From: an uncultured delta proteobacterium
Lineage (GTDB): Bacteria; Myxococcota; Myxococcia; Myxococcales; Anaeromyxobacteraceae
Direction of reading: 5' to 3'
Assembly: GCA_963828255.1 (NCBI GenBank)
Contig: CAWHDZ010000027.1
Location: 32,001 to 96,000, forward strand
DNA length: 64,000 nt
Shown one piece after another: positions 38,864 through 49,559 of this stretch; position 1 is the stretch's first letter, and each line of letters starts with the position of its first letter. A model generated the notes under the pieces. It made no database searches. It saw nothing but the letters and a program-made list of their open reading frames with translations, and was not told the origin of the DNA. The translations under genes and the position numbers were made by a program.

Positions 38864-39649
38864 TCACTGCGAGCGTTGCGGGGAACGGCTGGGCTGACCC
38901 GGCGCCCGGACGCCCCGGCGCAGGGCCCCCAGGATGGAGAGGAGCCGCGCCACGTCCCCCTGCCGACGCAGGTAGTAGGCGGCGGCGCTGTGGCGGCGCC
39001 TGCCCACCGCCACCCCCACCAGCGGCACCTCCGAAGCGCGGCGGAAGACGTCCTCGTCGGTGTCGTCGTCCCCCACGAAGATCACCCGCTCGTACCGCCC
39101 GCGGCGCACCAGGCGCACCAGCGCGTCCCCCTTGTCCGGGGCACCGTCGACCAGGGCATTCCGGACACGTTTCCCCCCGACCACGCGGGCGCCCTCGAGC
39201 CCGGCGAGGGCGGCCGCGGCGGCCCTCTGCGCCTCCGCACCCCGGACGTGGACCGCCAGCGAGAGCCCCTTGTTCTCGACGTCGACGCCGCGGACCCCCG
39301 CCAGCTCGGCCTCGAGCCGAAGGCGCCAGCGCCGGACCTGCCGTCTCCATCCCGCTGCTCCGGGAAGGGCCGGCCGGTCCTCCGCGCCGTGGTTCCCCAC
39401 CACGGCGAGCAACCGGACCCCGCCCAGGCGGGCCGCGACGTCGTCACGCGATCTCCCCGAGATCACCGCGCAGGGCCATGCCGTCGCGACCGCGCACAGC
39501 AGCCGGACGGTGGCGGCGGGAAGGCGCGCGTGGTGGCGCGACTCCACGATGGGCGCCAGGGTCCCGTCGAAGTCGAGGACCAGCAGGGTGCGGTGGGCGG
39601 CCAGCTCCTGGAGCAGGGGCCGGGAGCGCCGGCCCAGGACGTCCTTCAC
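38864..39649 (-). CDS. otsB: Trehalose-6-phosphate phosphatase
   Basis: LDFDGTLAP, ISGR, GNHGAE and GDDDTDED HAD motifs. Confidence 0.9.
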   Translation of the reverse strand: MKDVLGRRSRPLLQELAAHRTLLVLDFDGTLAPIVESRHHARLPAATVRLLCAVATAWPCAVISGRSRDDVAARLGGVRLLAVVGNHGAEDRPALPGAAGWRRQVRRWRLRLEAELAGVRGVDVENKGLSLAVHVRGAEAQRAAAAALAGLEGARVVGGKRVRNALVDGAPDKGDALVRLVRRGRYERVIFVGDDDTDEDVFRRASEVPLVGVAVGRRRHSAAAYYLRRQGDVARLLSILGALRRGVRAPGQPSRSPQRSQ

Positions 39650-41898
39650 GGACCGTGCTCCGCGCTGGCCCGATCGTCGCCGGAGAGGCGGGTGGAGAGC
39701 CGGTCCCGCCGGCGCAGGCGGGTGGCGTCGAGGAGCATTCGCCCCGCCCACCGGAACACGTTGAACTCGGCGACGAGCGTGCGCAGCGACCGCATGCGCT
39801 CCTCCTGCTCGGCCTCGGACATGTCGAGCGCCGCGCCCAGGGCCGCGCTGGCCGCCTCCAGGTCGTACGGGTTCACGAGCAGCGCCTCGGTCAGCTCCCG
39901 GGCGGCGCCGGTGAAGCGGGAGAGCACCAGGACGCCCCGGAGGTCGTCGCGGGCCGAGACGAACTCCTTGGCCACGAGGTTCATCCCGTCGTGGAGGCTC
40001 GAGACGTAGCAGAGGTCGGCGGCGCGGTAGAGGCGGAACACCTCCGGTGCATCGTGGTGCGAGTGGAGGAGCACGATCGGCCCGGGTCCATTGCTCCCGA
40101 ACCGGAGGTTGATCCGGGCGGTGAGGCGCTCCACCTCCTCGCCGAGAAGCCGGTAACGCTCGATGAGGGTCCGGCTCGGCGCCGCCACCTGCACGAACCA
40201 GAACTTGCCGACCAGGTCCGGACGCCGCTCGAGGAGACGTTCGACGGCGAGTAGCCGCTCGGCGATCCCCTTCGTGTAGTCGAGGCGGTCCACCCCGAGA
40301 CCGATCCGGGCGTCGGCGGGAAGCCCCAGCTCGGCCCGGATCCTCTCGCGGCACTCGGCGACCGGGGGCGCGTGGTCGAGCCACCTGCTCGGCCACTCCA
40401 CCGAGATGGGGTAGGCGCGGATCAGGGTCTCGCGTCCGGCCACGATCACCGATTGCCGCTCCCGGTCGATGCGGGCCTCCAGCGTCCGGTCCACCGACTC
40501 GAGGAAGTTGTTGCAGTGGGCCTGCGTGTGGAAGCCCAGGATGCTCGAGCCCAGCAGACCCTCGAGCAGTTGCTTGTCCCACGGGCAGATGGCGAAGCGC
40601 TCCGCGCTCGGCCAGGGGATGTGCCAGAAGGTCAGGATCGTGGCCCGGGGAAGGCGCCGGTGGATCATGCGGGGGAGCATCGCGAAGTGGTAGTCCTGGA
40701 CCAGCACCACCGGGCCGTCGCCCTGCACCTCGTCGGCCACCGCCTGGGCGAAGCGCCGGTTGGCCTCCTGGTAGTGGTTCCAGTCCCCGGCCCGGAACTC
40801 GGGCCGGGCGTCGGCCAGGTGGCACAGGGGCCAGAGCCCCTCGTTCGAGAAGCCGTAGTAGTAGCCCCGCTCCACCTCCGGCTCGAGCCAGACCCGCCGC
40901 AGCGTGTAGGAGGCCTCGCCCGGAGGGACGAGGATCCGGTCCTTCCGGTCCACCACGTCCCGGTCGGCCGAGCCGCTCCCGTGCGCGATCCAGGTGCCGG
41001 AGCAGGCCCGCATGACCGGCTCGATCGCGGTGACCAGGCCGCTCGCCGGGTGCATGACGCGAACCAGCCCGTCGTCCCCGCGCACGTGCATGTAGGGCTC
41101 CCGGTTGGCGACCGCGACCACGCCCTCGCCTCCCAGGCTCCGCTCCAGCACCCGCCGCAGGCGCTCGGCGGTCCAGCGACCACCGTGGGTCGCTTCTTCC
41201 GTTGCCAGCGATGCGACCAGTTCCCGGACGTCGGCGAGCACCGGGCCGAAGTCCGCCGGGGATGCCCTCGGCAGGAGCCCACCCCCCCGGAGGAGCCCGG
41301 GGAGCATCTGCCTGAGCTCGGCGGTCCAGGAGCGGCGAGAGAATCGGGCCGTGAGGATCGTGGCGATCGCGGCGGCGAATCCCACCAGGCCGAAGGCGAT
41401 GAAGAGCGCCTGGCGCGTGGTCGACGCCCGGCGGTCGACGAAGGAAAGGTCGTGGACGAGCACCAGGTGGCCGATCACCGCGCCTTGATCGTCCACCGGA
41501 ACCCAGCTGACATGGACGTCGCCGCCCGCCATGGGGACGTTCTCGTCGAGGCCGTCAGCCAGGTCACCCTCGGGCTCGGCCCTGCCCTCGCAGCGCGCCT
41601 GGGCGGGCAGGTCGCCGACGGCGGCGAGCGTTCGAAGACTGCGATCGCACACGGCAGCGGCGATGAGCCGCTCGTCCCGGACCAGGGCCTCGAGCAGCAC
41701 CCGGCTCCCCTTCCGGTCGCCGGAGGCGAGGTTGCGCGCCAGGGTCTCGCGGGAGCCGGAAAGCACGAGGCGTGCCCGGGCCTTGAGATCCCGCTCCGCC
41801 CAGGTGCGCGCGCTCCGGGCGGCAACCGCCGACGCTCCCCACGCGATGAGCGCGAGGAGGAGCAACAGCGGCACCAGGAATCGAAAAGCGAATCGCAT
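39646..41898 (-). CDS. otsA: Trehalose-6-phosphate synthase with N-terminal TM-periplasmic-TM extension
   Basis: ANREP, YYYGFSNEGLWPLCH, QDYH, FWHIPWP, VDRLDYTKG and DGMNLVAKE motifs. Confidence 0.9.
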   Translation of the reverse strand: MRFAFRFLVPLLLLLALIAWGASAVAARSARTWAERDLKARARLVLSGSRETLARNLASGDRKGSRVLLEALVRDERLIAAAVCDRSLRTLAAVGDLPAQARCEGRAEPEGDLADGLDENVPMAGGDVHVSWVPVDDQGAVIGHLVLVHDLSFVDRRASTTRQALFIAFGLVGFAAAIATILTARFSRRSWTAELRQMLPGLLRGGGLLPRASPADFGPVLADVRELVASLATEEATHGGRWTAERLRRVLERSLGGEGVVAVANREPYMHVRGDDGLVRVMHPASGLVTAIEPVMRACSGTWIAHGSGSADRDVVDRKDRILVPPGEASYTLRRVWLEPEVERGYYYGFSNEGLWPLCHLADARPEFRAGDWNHYQEANRRFAQAVADEVQGDGPVVLVQDYHFAMLPRMIHRRLPRATILTFWHIPWPSAERFAICPWDKQLLEGLLGSSILGFHTQAHCNNFLESVDRTLEARIDRERQSVIVAGRETLIRAYPISVEWPSRWLDHAPPVAECRERIRAELGLPADARIGLGVDRLDYTKGIAERLLAVERLLERRPDLVGKFWFVQVAAPSRTLIERYRLLGEEVERLTARINLRFGSNGPGPIVLLHSHHDAPEVFRLYRAADLCYVSSLHDGMNLVAKEFVSARDDLRGVLVLSRFTGAARELTEALLVNPYDLEAASAALGAALDMSEAEQEERMRSLRTLVAEFNVFRWAGRMLLDATRLRRRDRLSTRLSGDDRASAEHGP

Positions 41899-41971
41899 GG
41901 CACGTCCCTTCCGGGATAGCTTATGTCAATGGAGGGTGGCGATCCCCGCAATTCGGCGGTAGGGGGAGGGG

Positions 41972-43680
41972 ATGCGCCTCGACGACCTTGGCCTCATAGG
42001 CAATGGCCAGTATGCGGCGCTCGTCCACCGGGACGGCGCGGTGGTCTGGTGCTGCCTTCCCCGCTTCGACTCCGAGCCGATCTTCGGCTCGCTGCTCGAC
42101 GAGCCCGGCGGAGGCCGATTCCAGGTCGGCCCGGCCTCCGGCGCCCCGGGGGTCCAGCGCTACATCCCCAACACCAACGTGCTCGAGACCCTCTTCGACG
42201 ACGGGACCGATGCCTCCGGCTCATCGACTTCGCCCCTCGCTTCGAGCAGCACGAGCGCTCCTTTCGCCCCACCCAGCTCTTCCGGGTGCTCGAGCCAATT
42301 CGTGGCCAGCCTCGCGTCCGCGTGGTCTGCGACCCGCGCCTGGGCTGGAGCCGAAAGCCGCCGCAGGTGCTCCAGGGATCGAACCACCTCCGGTACGAGG
42401 GGTTCGACGCGCCTCTCCGCCTCACCACCGACGTACCGCTCTCCTACCTGGCCACCGGCCAGCCCTTCGCCCTGACCGGGCGGCGCCACCTGGCGCTGTC
42501 CTGGGGACAACCCATCGAGGAGCCGCTCCAGCCCCTCACCGACCGCTTCCTGGGGGAGACGATTCGCCACTGGCGACTCCGGGTGAAGGGCTGCGCGGTG
42601 CCCGTACTCTTCCAGGACGCGGTCATCCGCTCGGCCCTGGCCTTGAAGCTCCACTGCTTCGAGGACACCGGCGCCATCGTCGCCGCCACCACGACCTCGA
42701 TTCCAGAGGCGCCAGGAAGCGGAAGGACCTGGGACTATCGGTACTGCTGGCTCCGCGACGCCTACTACGTCCCCGGTGCATTCCACCTGCTGGGGCACTT
42801 CGAGGAGCGGGAGCGGTTCATCCAGTGGCTCTTCGACGTGGCGGGCGGAAGCCCCGACCTGGACCTGGCTCCCCTCTACCGCGTCGACGGCCGCACCGAC
42901 CTGGAGGAGCGGCTCGTCCCCGGCTGGCCGGGGTTCGGCGGCCACGGGCCGGTCCGGGTGGGGAACGGCGCCGCCTTGCAGCGCCAGAACGACATCTTCG
43001 GGGAGACCGCGCTCGCCCTGCTCACCCGCCTGGCCCGCAAGGCCGTGGCGGTCGCCGGCACACCCGATGCGGGCATCTGGGAGGTTCGCGCGCCGGTCCA
43101 CGCGCGGACCTTCTCCAGCCTGATGAGCTGGGCCGCGGCGGACCGCGTCGCAGTGGTGCTTCACGCCCGCAAGGCCGACGGAGCAGCAGAGTTCGCGGCG
43201 GGAGCGGCCCGGATCCGGGACGACATCCTTCACCAGGCGTGGAACGGGACGACCGGCGCCTTCGCCGCGACCTACGGCGGGTCGGACCTCGACGCGTCGC
43301 TCCTGCAGATGGCGCCGCTCCGGTTCCTCCCCGCGGACGACCCCCGCCTGGGCGCGACGGTCGACGCCGTGACGCGGGGGCTGGGGCGCGACGGGTGGAT
43401 CTGGCGCTACGCCGACGACGATGGCCTGGATACTCCCCAGGTGGCCTTCGTCCTCTGCACGCTCTGGCTGGTGGAGGCCCTGGCCGTCCTGGGGCGCGGC
43501 GCCGACGCCCGGCGCACGCTGGAGCTCGCCCTGGCGGCCCGGACCCCCCTCGGCCTCCTCTCCGAGGACTTCGACCCTCGGAGCGGCGAGCGCTGGGGCA
43601 ACTTCCCGCAGGCCTACTCACACGTCGGGCTCATCCGCGCAGCGTTCGCAGCCTCGCCCGCCTGGGGCGACGTGCTCTGA
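41972..43680 (+). pseudogene. GH15 trehalase/glucoamylase-like gene, frameshifted
   Basis: LIGN..PRFDS N-terminus in one frame; WDYRYCWLRD and GNFPQAYSHVGLI in another; 1-nt deletion near 42215. Confidence 0.82.
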
Positions 43681-43731
43681 CACCGGGCGTCCCTTGTCCC
43701 GGCCGCGGCGGCCGTGACAACATCCCGCGCC

Positions 43732-45666
43732 ATGATCCCGACCGCCCTCGTCGGCGCACTGCTCCTGGGCGCTCCTCCCGTCCCTCCGGCTGCCCCGGCA
43801 GCCCTGCCCTCCGAGATCCCCGCCGCGTTCACCCCCACCCAGCATGGCTTCGACCACGACCGGCGCGAGGTGATGATCCCGATGCGGGACGGGGTGAAGC
43901 TCCACACGGTGATCCTGGTTCCGAAGGGGGCGAAGGGGGCGGCGATGCTCCTCACCCGCACCCCCTACGAGGCCGACAAGCTCACCTCCCATGCGGCGAG
44001 CTCTCACCTCGGCCCGGTGCTCCAGGGCTACGACAACGCCACCGACGTGATCGTGGAGGGAGGCTACATCCGGGTGGTGCAGGACATCCGAGGCAAGTTC
44101 CGCTCGGAGGGGGACTACGTGATGACCCGCCCCCTGCGAGGTCCGCAGAATCCCACCGCGGTGGACCACGCCACCGACACCTACGACACCATCGACTGGC
44201 TGGTGAAGAACCTCCCCGAGTCGAACGGCAGGGTGGGGATCCTGGGCATCTCCTACGACGGCTTCCTCCCGCTCATGGCGCTCGTCGACCCGCACCCCGC
44301 GCTCAAGGTGGCGGTGCCCATGAACCCCATGGTGGACGGGTGGCGGGGCGACGACTGGTTCCACAACGGCGCCTTCCGCCAGGTCAACCTCCCCTACATC
44401 TACGACCAGGAGGCGACCCGGAAGTCGGAGGTGAAGTGGTGGTCCAGCGACCGTGACGACTACGAAACCTACCTCCGGGCCGGATCCGCCGGGGAGCTGG
44501 GGCGGCAGCGGGGCATGGAGCAGCTGGGCTTCTGGCGGAAGATCCTGGCGCACCCGGCCTACGACGCCTTCTGGCAGGACCAGGCCATGGACCGGGTGCT
44601 CGCCTCCCGGCCCCTCACCGTCCCGGTGATGATCGTGCACGGCCTCTGGGACCAAGAGGACATCTACGGCCCCATCGCCCTGTACCAGGCCCTGGAGCGG
44701 AAGGACGCCCGGAACGACCTCGTCTACCTGGTCATCGGCCCCTGGTTCCACGGCCAGCAGATCGGCGAGGGGAGCAGCCTCGGGGCCATCAAGTTCCACG
44801 CCGACACGGCGCTGCAGTTCCGGCGCGACGTGCTCCGTCCCTTCCTGGACCAGTACCTGAAGGAGGGCGCCCCCCAGGCCGGCGTGGCGCCGGTCACCGC
44901 CTTCGTGACCGGCAGCAACACCTGGCGCAAGCTCGCGGCCTGGCCTGCCGGCTGTGACTCCGGGTGCAAGGTGCGCCCCACGCCGCTGTATCTCACCGCC
45001 GGCCAGAAGGCCGGCTTCGCGCCGCCTCGCGCCGGGGACGCCCCCTTCGAGGAATGGGTCTCCGACCCGGCCAGGCCCGTCCCGTACCGCAACCGCCCCA
45101 TCCGTCCCACCGACGACGGCCACTACTGGGAGAACTGGGCCCGCTGGCTCGTCGACGACCAGCGCAACGCCGCCAGCCGCACCGACGTGGCGACCTTCGT
45201 CTCCGAGCCGCTCGCCGCGCCGCTCCAGGCCTCCGGCCTGCCGGTGGTGAACCTGGTCGCCTCGACCAGCGGCACCGACTCCGACTGGGTGGTGAAGCTC
45301 ATCGACGTCTACCCCGACGAGGTGGCGGCCGATCCAGCCATGGGGGGCTACCAGCTCATGGTCGCGGCCGACGTCTTCCGCGGCCGCTACCGCGAGAGCC
45401 TCGAGAAGCCGGCCCCCATCCCCCCCGGGAAGCCGCTCCCCTACCGTTTCGACCTCCCCACGGTGAACCACGTCTTCCGCCCGGGCCACCGCATCATGGT
45501 CCAGGTCCAGTCGAGCTGGTTCCCGCTCTACGACCGGAACCCCCAGACCTTCGTCGAGAGCATCTTCTGGGCGAAGCCCACGGACTACCGCAAGGCCACC
45601 CAGCGGGTGCACCACGCGCCAGGCCAGGCGAGCTTCGTCGAGCTTCCCGTCGTCGTCCCGGAATGA
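43732..45666 (+). CDS. CocE/NonD family hydrolase (alpha-amino acid ester hydrolase-like)
   Basis: IPMRDGVKL, RTPY, GISYDG nucleophile motif, GPWFHG and QSSWFPLYDRNPQ. Confidence 0.92.
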   Translation: MIPTALVGALLLGAPPVPPAAPAALPSEIPAAFTPTQHGFDHDRREVMIPMRDGVKLHTVILVPKGAKGAAMLLTRTPYEADKLTSHAASSHLGPVLQGYDNATDVIVEGGYIRVVQDIRGKFRSEGDYVMTRPLRGPQNPTAVDHATDTYDTIDWLVKNLPESNGRVGILGISYDGFLPLMALVDPHPALKVAVPMNPMVDGWRGDDWFHNGAFRQVNLPYIYDQEATRKSEVKWWSSDRDDYETYLRAGSAGELGRQRGMEQLGFWRKILAHPAYDAFWQDQAMDRVLASRPLTVPVMIVHGLWDQEDIYGPIALYQALERKDARNDLVYLVIGPWFHGQQIGEGSSLGAIKFHADTALQFRRDVLRPFLDQYLKEGAPQAGVAPVTAFVTGSNTWRKLAAWPAGCDSGCKVRPTPLYLTAGQKAGFAPPRAGDAPFEEWVSDPARPVPYRNRPIRPTDDGHYWENWARWLVDDQRNAASRTDVATFVSEPLAAPLQASGLPVVNLVASTSGTDSDWVVKLIDVYPDEVAADPAMGGYQLMVAADVFRGRYRESLEKPAPIPPGKPLPYRFDLPTVNHVFRPGHRIMVQVQSSWFPLYDRNPQTFVESIFWAKPTDYRKATQRVHHAPGQASFVELPVVVPE

Positions 45667-45780
45667 GCGACCGCCTGTCGCTTCCCGGATACACCAACGG
45701 GGCGATTTGAGATAAAAGCGCACCGCGCGAGCCGAGGCCCGTGCGGCATCGTTTCCTTCCCCAGCCGAGGTGGCGTCAAA

Positions 45781-47238
45781 ATGGTCGAGTTCGGAAAGCG
45801 GATCCTCTTCGTCGGTTACGGTGCGGTGGCCCAGTGCACCCTGCCCATCCTCTTCAAGCACATGAAGGTGAGCCCGAAGAACGTCACGGTGATGGACTTC
45901 GAGGACCGGCGCGAGGCGCTCGCCCAGTGGACGCGGAAGGGCGTCCGGTTCGTGCAGAAGAAGATCACCCGGGCCAACATGGCCTCGGTGCTCGGCAAGC
46001 ACGTCGGCGAGGGCGACGTGGTGGTGGACCTGGCCTGGAACATCGACGCCTGCGAGATCCTCCAGTGGTGCCACGACCACGGCGTCCTCTACGTGAACAC
46101 GTCGGTCGAGGTCTGGGATCCCTACGAAGGGGCCGAGAACAAGCACCCCACCGAACGCACGCTCTACTGGCGTCACATGAACCTGCGCCGGATGACCGCC
46201 GGCTGGCAAGAGAAGGGGCCCACCGCGGTGCTCGAGCACGGCGCCAACCCCGGCCTCATCTCCCACTTCACCAAGCAGGGGCTCCTCGACATCGGCAAGA
46301 AGATGCTGAAGGACGGCAAGGCCAAGGGGCGCGACGCCGAGGAGATCCAGCAGCTCATGAAGGACCAGGCCTGGAACCACCTGTCCCGCAAGCTGGGCGT
46401 GAAGGTCATCCACTGCAGCGAGAGGGACACGCAGATCACCGACGTCCCCAAGAAGGTGGACGAGTTCGTGAACACCTGGAGCATCGAGGGCTTCCGCGAG
46501 GAGGGCACCACCACCGCCGAGATGGGCTGGGGCACCCACGAGAAGGAGCTGCCTCCCTACGCCGTCGAGCACGAGAGCGGCCCGAAGAACCAGATCTGCC
46601 TGGCCCGCATGGGCATGAACACCTGGGTGGTCTCCTGGGTCCCCAACTACTGCATCCACGGCATGGTGGTCCGGCATGGTGAGGCGTTCTCGATCAGCGA
46701 CAAGCTCACCGTGTGGGAGGGCGGAAAGGCGGTCTACCGCCCCACCGTCCACTACGCCTACTGCCCGAGCGACTCGGCCATCGCGTCGCTGAACGAGCTG
46801 CGCGGCTACGACTACGAGCTGCAGCCCAACCTCCGCATCCTGAACGACGAGATCACCAGCGGCTCCGACATCCTGGGCGCCCTCATCATGGGGCACCCCT
46901 ACAACTCCTGGTGGGTGGGCAGCGACCTCTCCATCGAGGAGTCGCGCCGGCTCGTCCCGCACCAGAACGCCACCACCATGCAGGTGGCCATCTCGGTGGT
47001 CGCGGCCACGCTCTGGATGGTGCAGAACCCCGACCGCGGCGTGGTGGTGCCCGACGACCTGCCGCACGAGTTCGTGCTCAAGATCGCCAGGCCCTACCTG
47101 GGCAAGTGGATCTCCAAGGCCTCGCCATGGACACCGCTCGCCCACTACACCAACTCCTTCGAGGGCTTCAACAACCCGCAGGTGGACACCACCGACCCCT
47201 GGCAGTTCAAGAACTTCCTGATCACCGACGGCGACTGA
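45781..47238 (+). CDS. hss: Homospermidine synthase
   Basis: GYGAV Rossmann motif; EHGANPGLISHF, HCSERDTQ, FVNTWSIEG, RPTVHYAY and NATTMQV motifs. Confidence 0.92.
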   Translation: MVEFGKRILFVGYGAVAQCTLPILFKHMKVSPKNVTVMDFEDRREALAQWTRKGVRFVQKKITRANMASVLGKHVGEGDVVVDLAWNIDACEILQWCHDHGVLYVNTSVEVWDPYEGAENKHPTERTLYWRHMNLRRMTAGWQEKGPTAVLEHGANPGLISHFTKQGLLDIGKKMLKDGKAKGRDAEEIQQLMKDQAWNHLSRKLGVKVIHCSERDTQITDVPKKVDEFVNTWSIEGFREEGTTTAEMGWGTHEKELPPYAVEHESGPKNQICLARMGMNTWVVSWVPNYCIHGMVVRHGEAFSISDKLTVWEGGKAVYRPTVHYAYCPSDSAIASLNELRGYDYELQPNLRILNDEITSGSDILGALIMGHPYNSWWVGSDLSIEESRRLVPHQNATTMQVAISVVAATLWMVQNPDRGVVVPDDLPHEFVLKIARPYLGKWISKASPWTPLAHYTNSFEGFNNPQVDTTDPWQFKNFLITDGD

Positions 47239-47257
47239 CATCCGGCGGGAGGACCAC

Positions 47258-48400
47258 ATGGTCTCCACGAAGCGCCTGCAGCAGCTGGCCCGGGAGCACG
47301 GCACGCCGCTCTTCGTCGTGGATCACGACGAGCTGCGGAAGAACTACGCCACCTTCCGGAAGTACCTGCCCCGGGTCCAGGCCTACTACGCGGTCAAGGC
47401 CAACCCCGACCCGGCCATCGTGAAGACGCTCTTCGATGCCGGCGCCAGCTTCGACGTGGCCTCGATGCCCGAGTTCATGATCGTGCACGACCTGATCCGC
47501 GAGATGCCGGAGAAGGAGCGGCAGGCCTGGATCTGGGACAAGATCATCTACGCCAATCCCATCAAGGCCAACGGGACCCTCCGGCAGCTCGACCGCTACA
47601 AGCCGCTCGTCACCTACGACAACCTGGAGGAGATCAAGAAGATCAAGAAGTACGCTCCCCGCGCCGGGCTCGCGCTGCGGCTGCGCGTCCCCAACACCGG
47701 CGCCATGGTGGAGCTCTCCTCCAAGTTCGGGGCGTCGTCGGGCGAGGCGGTGGACCTCATCCTGGCCGCGGAGAAGGAGGGGCTCACCGTCGAGGGCATC
47801 TCCTTCCACGTGGGCAGCCAGACCACCAACTTCGACAACTACGTCCAGGCGCTGAACCTGGCCGCCAACGTCTTCCGCGAGGCCAAATCCCGCGGCGCCG
47901 GCAAGATGTTCCTCGTGGACATCGGCGGCGGCTTCCCGGCCCCGTACGACGACTCGGTGAAGCCCTTCCGGGAGCTGGCGAAGACGCTCAACCGCGAGCT
48001 CGACCGGCTCTTCCCGAAGGACATCCAGATCCTGGCCGAGCCGGGGCGCTTCATGGTGGCCACCGCCGGCACCGTGGTCTGCACCGTCATCGGCAAGGCG
48101 GTCCGCGACGGCAAGCTCTGCTACTACGTGGACGACGGCGTCTACCACACCTTCTCCGGGGTCATCTTCGATCACTGCCAGTATCACTTCGAGGCGTTCA
48201 AGAAGGGGCCCATCGAGACCTGCTCGGTCTTCGGCCCGACCTGCGACGCCCTCGACGTGGTCTCCATGACCGAGCGGCTCCCGTCCGACCTCAAGCTCGG
48301 CGACATGGTCTACAGCCGGAACATCGGGGCCTACAGCCACGCCTCGTCCACCTCCTTCAACGGTTTTCCACCGGCCAAGGTGATCCACGTGAACAGGTAG
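47258..48400 (+). CDS. Fold-type III PLP ornithine/lysine decarboxylase
   Basis: YYAVKAN (PLP Lys), FDVAS, KFG, FHVGSQ, DIGGGF, EPGR and GPTCD motifs. Confidence 0.92.
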   Translation: MVSTKRLQQLAREHGTPLFVVDHDELRKNYATFRKYLPRVQAYYAVKANPDPAIVKTLFDAGASFDVASMPEFMIVHDLIREMPEKERQAWIWDKIIYANPIKANGTLRQLDRYKPLVTYDNLEEIKKIKKYAPRAGLALRLRVPNTGAMVELSSKFGASSGEAVDLILAAEKEGLTVEGISFHVGSQTTNFDNYVQALNLAANVFREAKSRGAGKMFLVDIGGGFPAPYDDSVKPFRELAKTLNRELDRLFPKDIQILAEPGRFMVATAGTVVCTVIGKAVRDGKLCYYVDDGVYHTFSGVIFDHCQYHFEAFKKGPIETCSVFGPTCDALDVVSMTERLPSDLKLGDMVYSRNIGAYSHASSTSFNGFPPAKVIHVNR

Positions 48401-48530
48401 GGCTTCCGGTCTGCTTTCCGGAGTCGATCCGGCAGGTTGGACGCCGCCCCTGTGCACGGGACCTGCCCCCCGAAAGGGAGTAGAGTGAAGAGAATCCAGT
48501 TCCGGTGCGTCCGTTCCAGCGGGTGACGCC

Positions 48531-49514
48531 ATGAAGACCTTCGGTTCCGCAGTCGTGCTGTCCGCCGCGCTCCTCCTGTGGCCCGGGACTTCCCTGGCTG
48601 ACGACACGCCGCAGGGGGTCGAGCCCACCGAGCCGGCGCCGACCTGGACGCCGCCGCCGCCCACCGAGGTGAACTTCGCCGGTGGGGAGGAGTTCGTGGC
48701 CCAGCAGGCCGTTCCCTCCGGGCAATGGGTCTTCACGAGCCAGTACGGGTGGATCTGGATGCCCCACGGGAACTCGTTCACCTTCCTCCCGACCAATGGC
48801 TCCACCCCCAACATGTTCGTCTTCTTCCCGGCCGTCGGCTGGTCCTGGGTCATGGCACCCTGGGTCTGGGGCTGGGGGCCGATGCCCTGGTTCGGGTTCG
48901 CGGGCTGGAACCGGTTCGCCTGGTGGGGTTCCGGCTTCGGGACCTGGCACGGCTTCGCGCGCCCCTTCGCTCACGCCGGATGGCACGGTGGCGGCTACTT
49001 CCACGGTGGACGCTGGAACGGCGTCGGCCCCGGCTACCGGCCACCGGGCGGCGGGGGGCACGCTCCCCCTCGTCCGAGCGTGGGCGGACCACCTTCGGCC
49101 GGGAGGCCGGGTGGACCCGGGGCGGTCCCGGGGCGCTACGGCGCTTCGCCCGGACGGATGGGAACGTCGCCCCGCGCGGCGCCTGCCGCGGTCCCCGGAC
49201 GGACCGGCGCGGTCCCGGCGCGCACCTACGGCGGCTCCATGGGTCGGCCGACCGGCGCGCTTCCCTCCTCGTTCGGCGCCGGGCGCGGACACGCCCCGCC
49301 CTCCCGCGCTTTCACCTCAGGTGGATCGGGAATGGCCGCGCGCGCACCGGCCGTGACGGCGATGCGCGGGGGCGGCTTCGGCGGCGGAGGCTTCTCCGGC
49401 GGCGGCGGACGTCCAGCCGCCCACGGGGGAGGCGGGTTCTCCGGTGGCGGCGCCCGCCCGGGCGGCTTCGGTGGCGGTGGCGGTGGTGGCCACGGGGGCG
49501 GCGGCCGCCGCTGA
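48531..49514 (+). CDS. Secreted Trp/Gly-rich protein with disordered Gly/Pro/Arg tail
   Basis: Signal peptide; GQWVFTSQYGWIWMP aromatic module; low-complexity GGGF/RGG tail. Confidence 0.75.
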   Translation: MKTFGSAVVLSAALLLWPGTSLADDTPQGVEPTEPAPTWTPPPPTEVNFAGGEEFVAQQAVPSGQWVFTSQYGWIWMPHGNSFTFLPTNGSTPNMFVFFPAVGWSWVMAPWVWGWGPMPWFGFAGWNRFAWWGSGFGTWHGFARPFAHAGWHGGGYFHGGRWNGVGPGYRPPGGGGHAPPRPSVGGPPSAGRPGGPGAVPGRYGASPGRMGTSPRAAPAAVPGRTGAVPARTYGGSMGRPTGALPSSFGAGRGHAPPSRAFTSGGSGMAARAPAVTAMRGGGFGGGGFSGGGGRPAAHGGGGFSGGGARPGGFGGGGGGGHGGGGRR

Positions 49515-49559
49515 TCGGGCCGCGCCGGCGACGCAGGCTTCGTGCTAGGAGTCTCGCCG

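Noticed and set aside
49360..49510. GGC-rich tandem repeats
   Set aside because: These simply encode the Gly-rich protein tail; not a CRISPR or satellite
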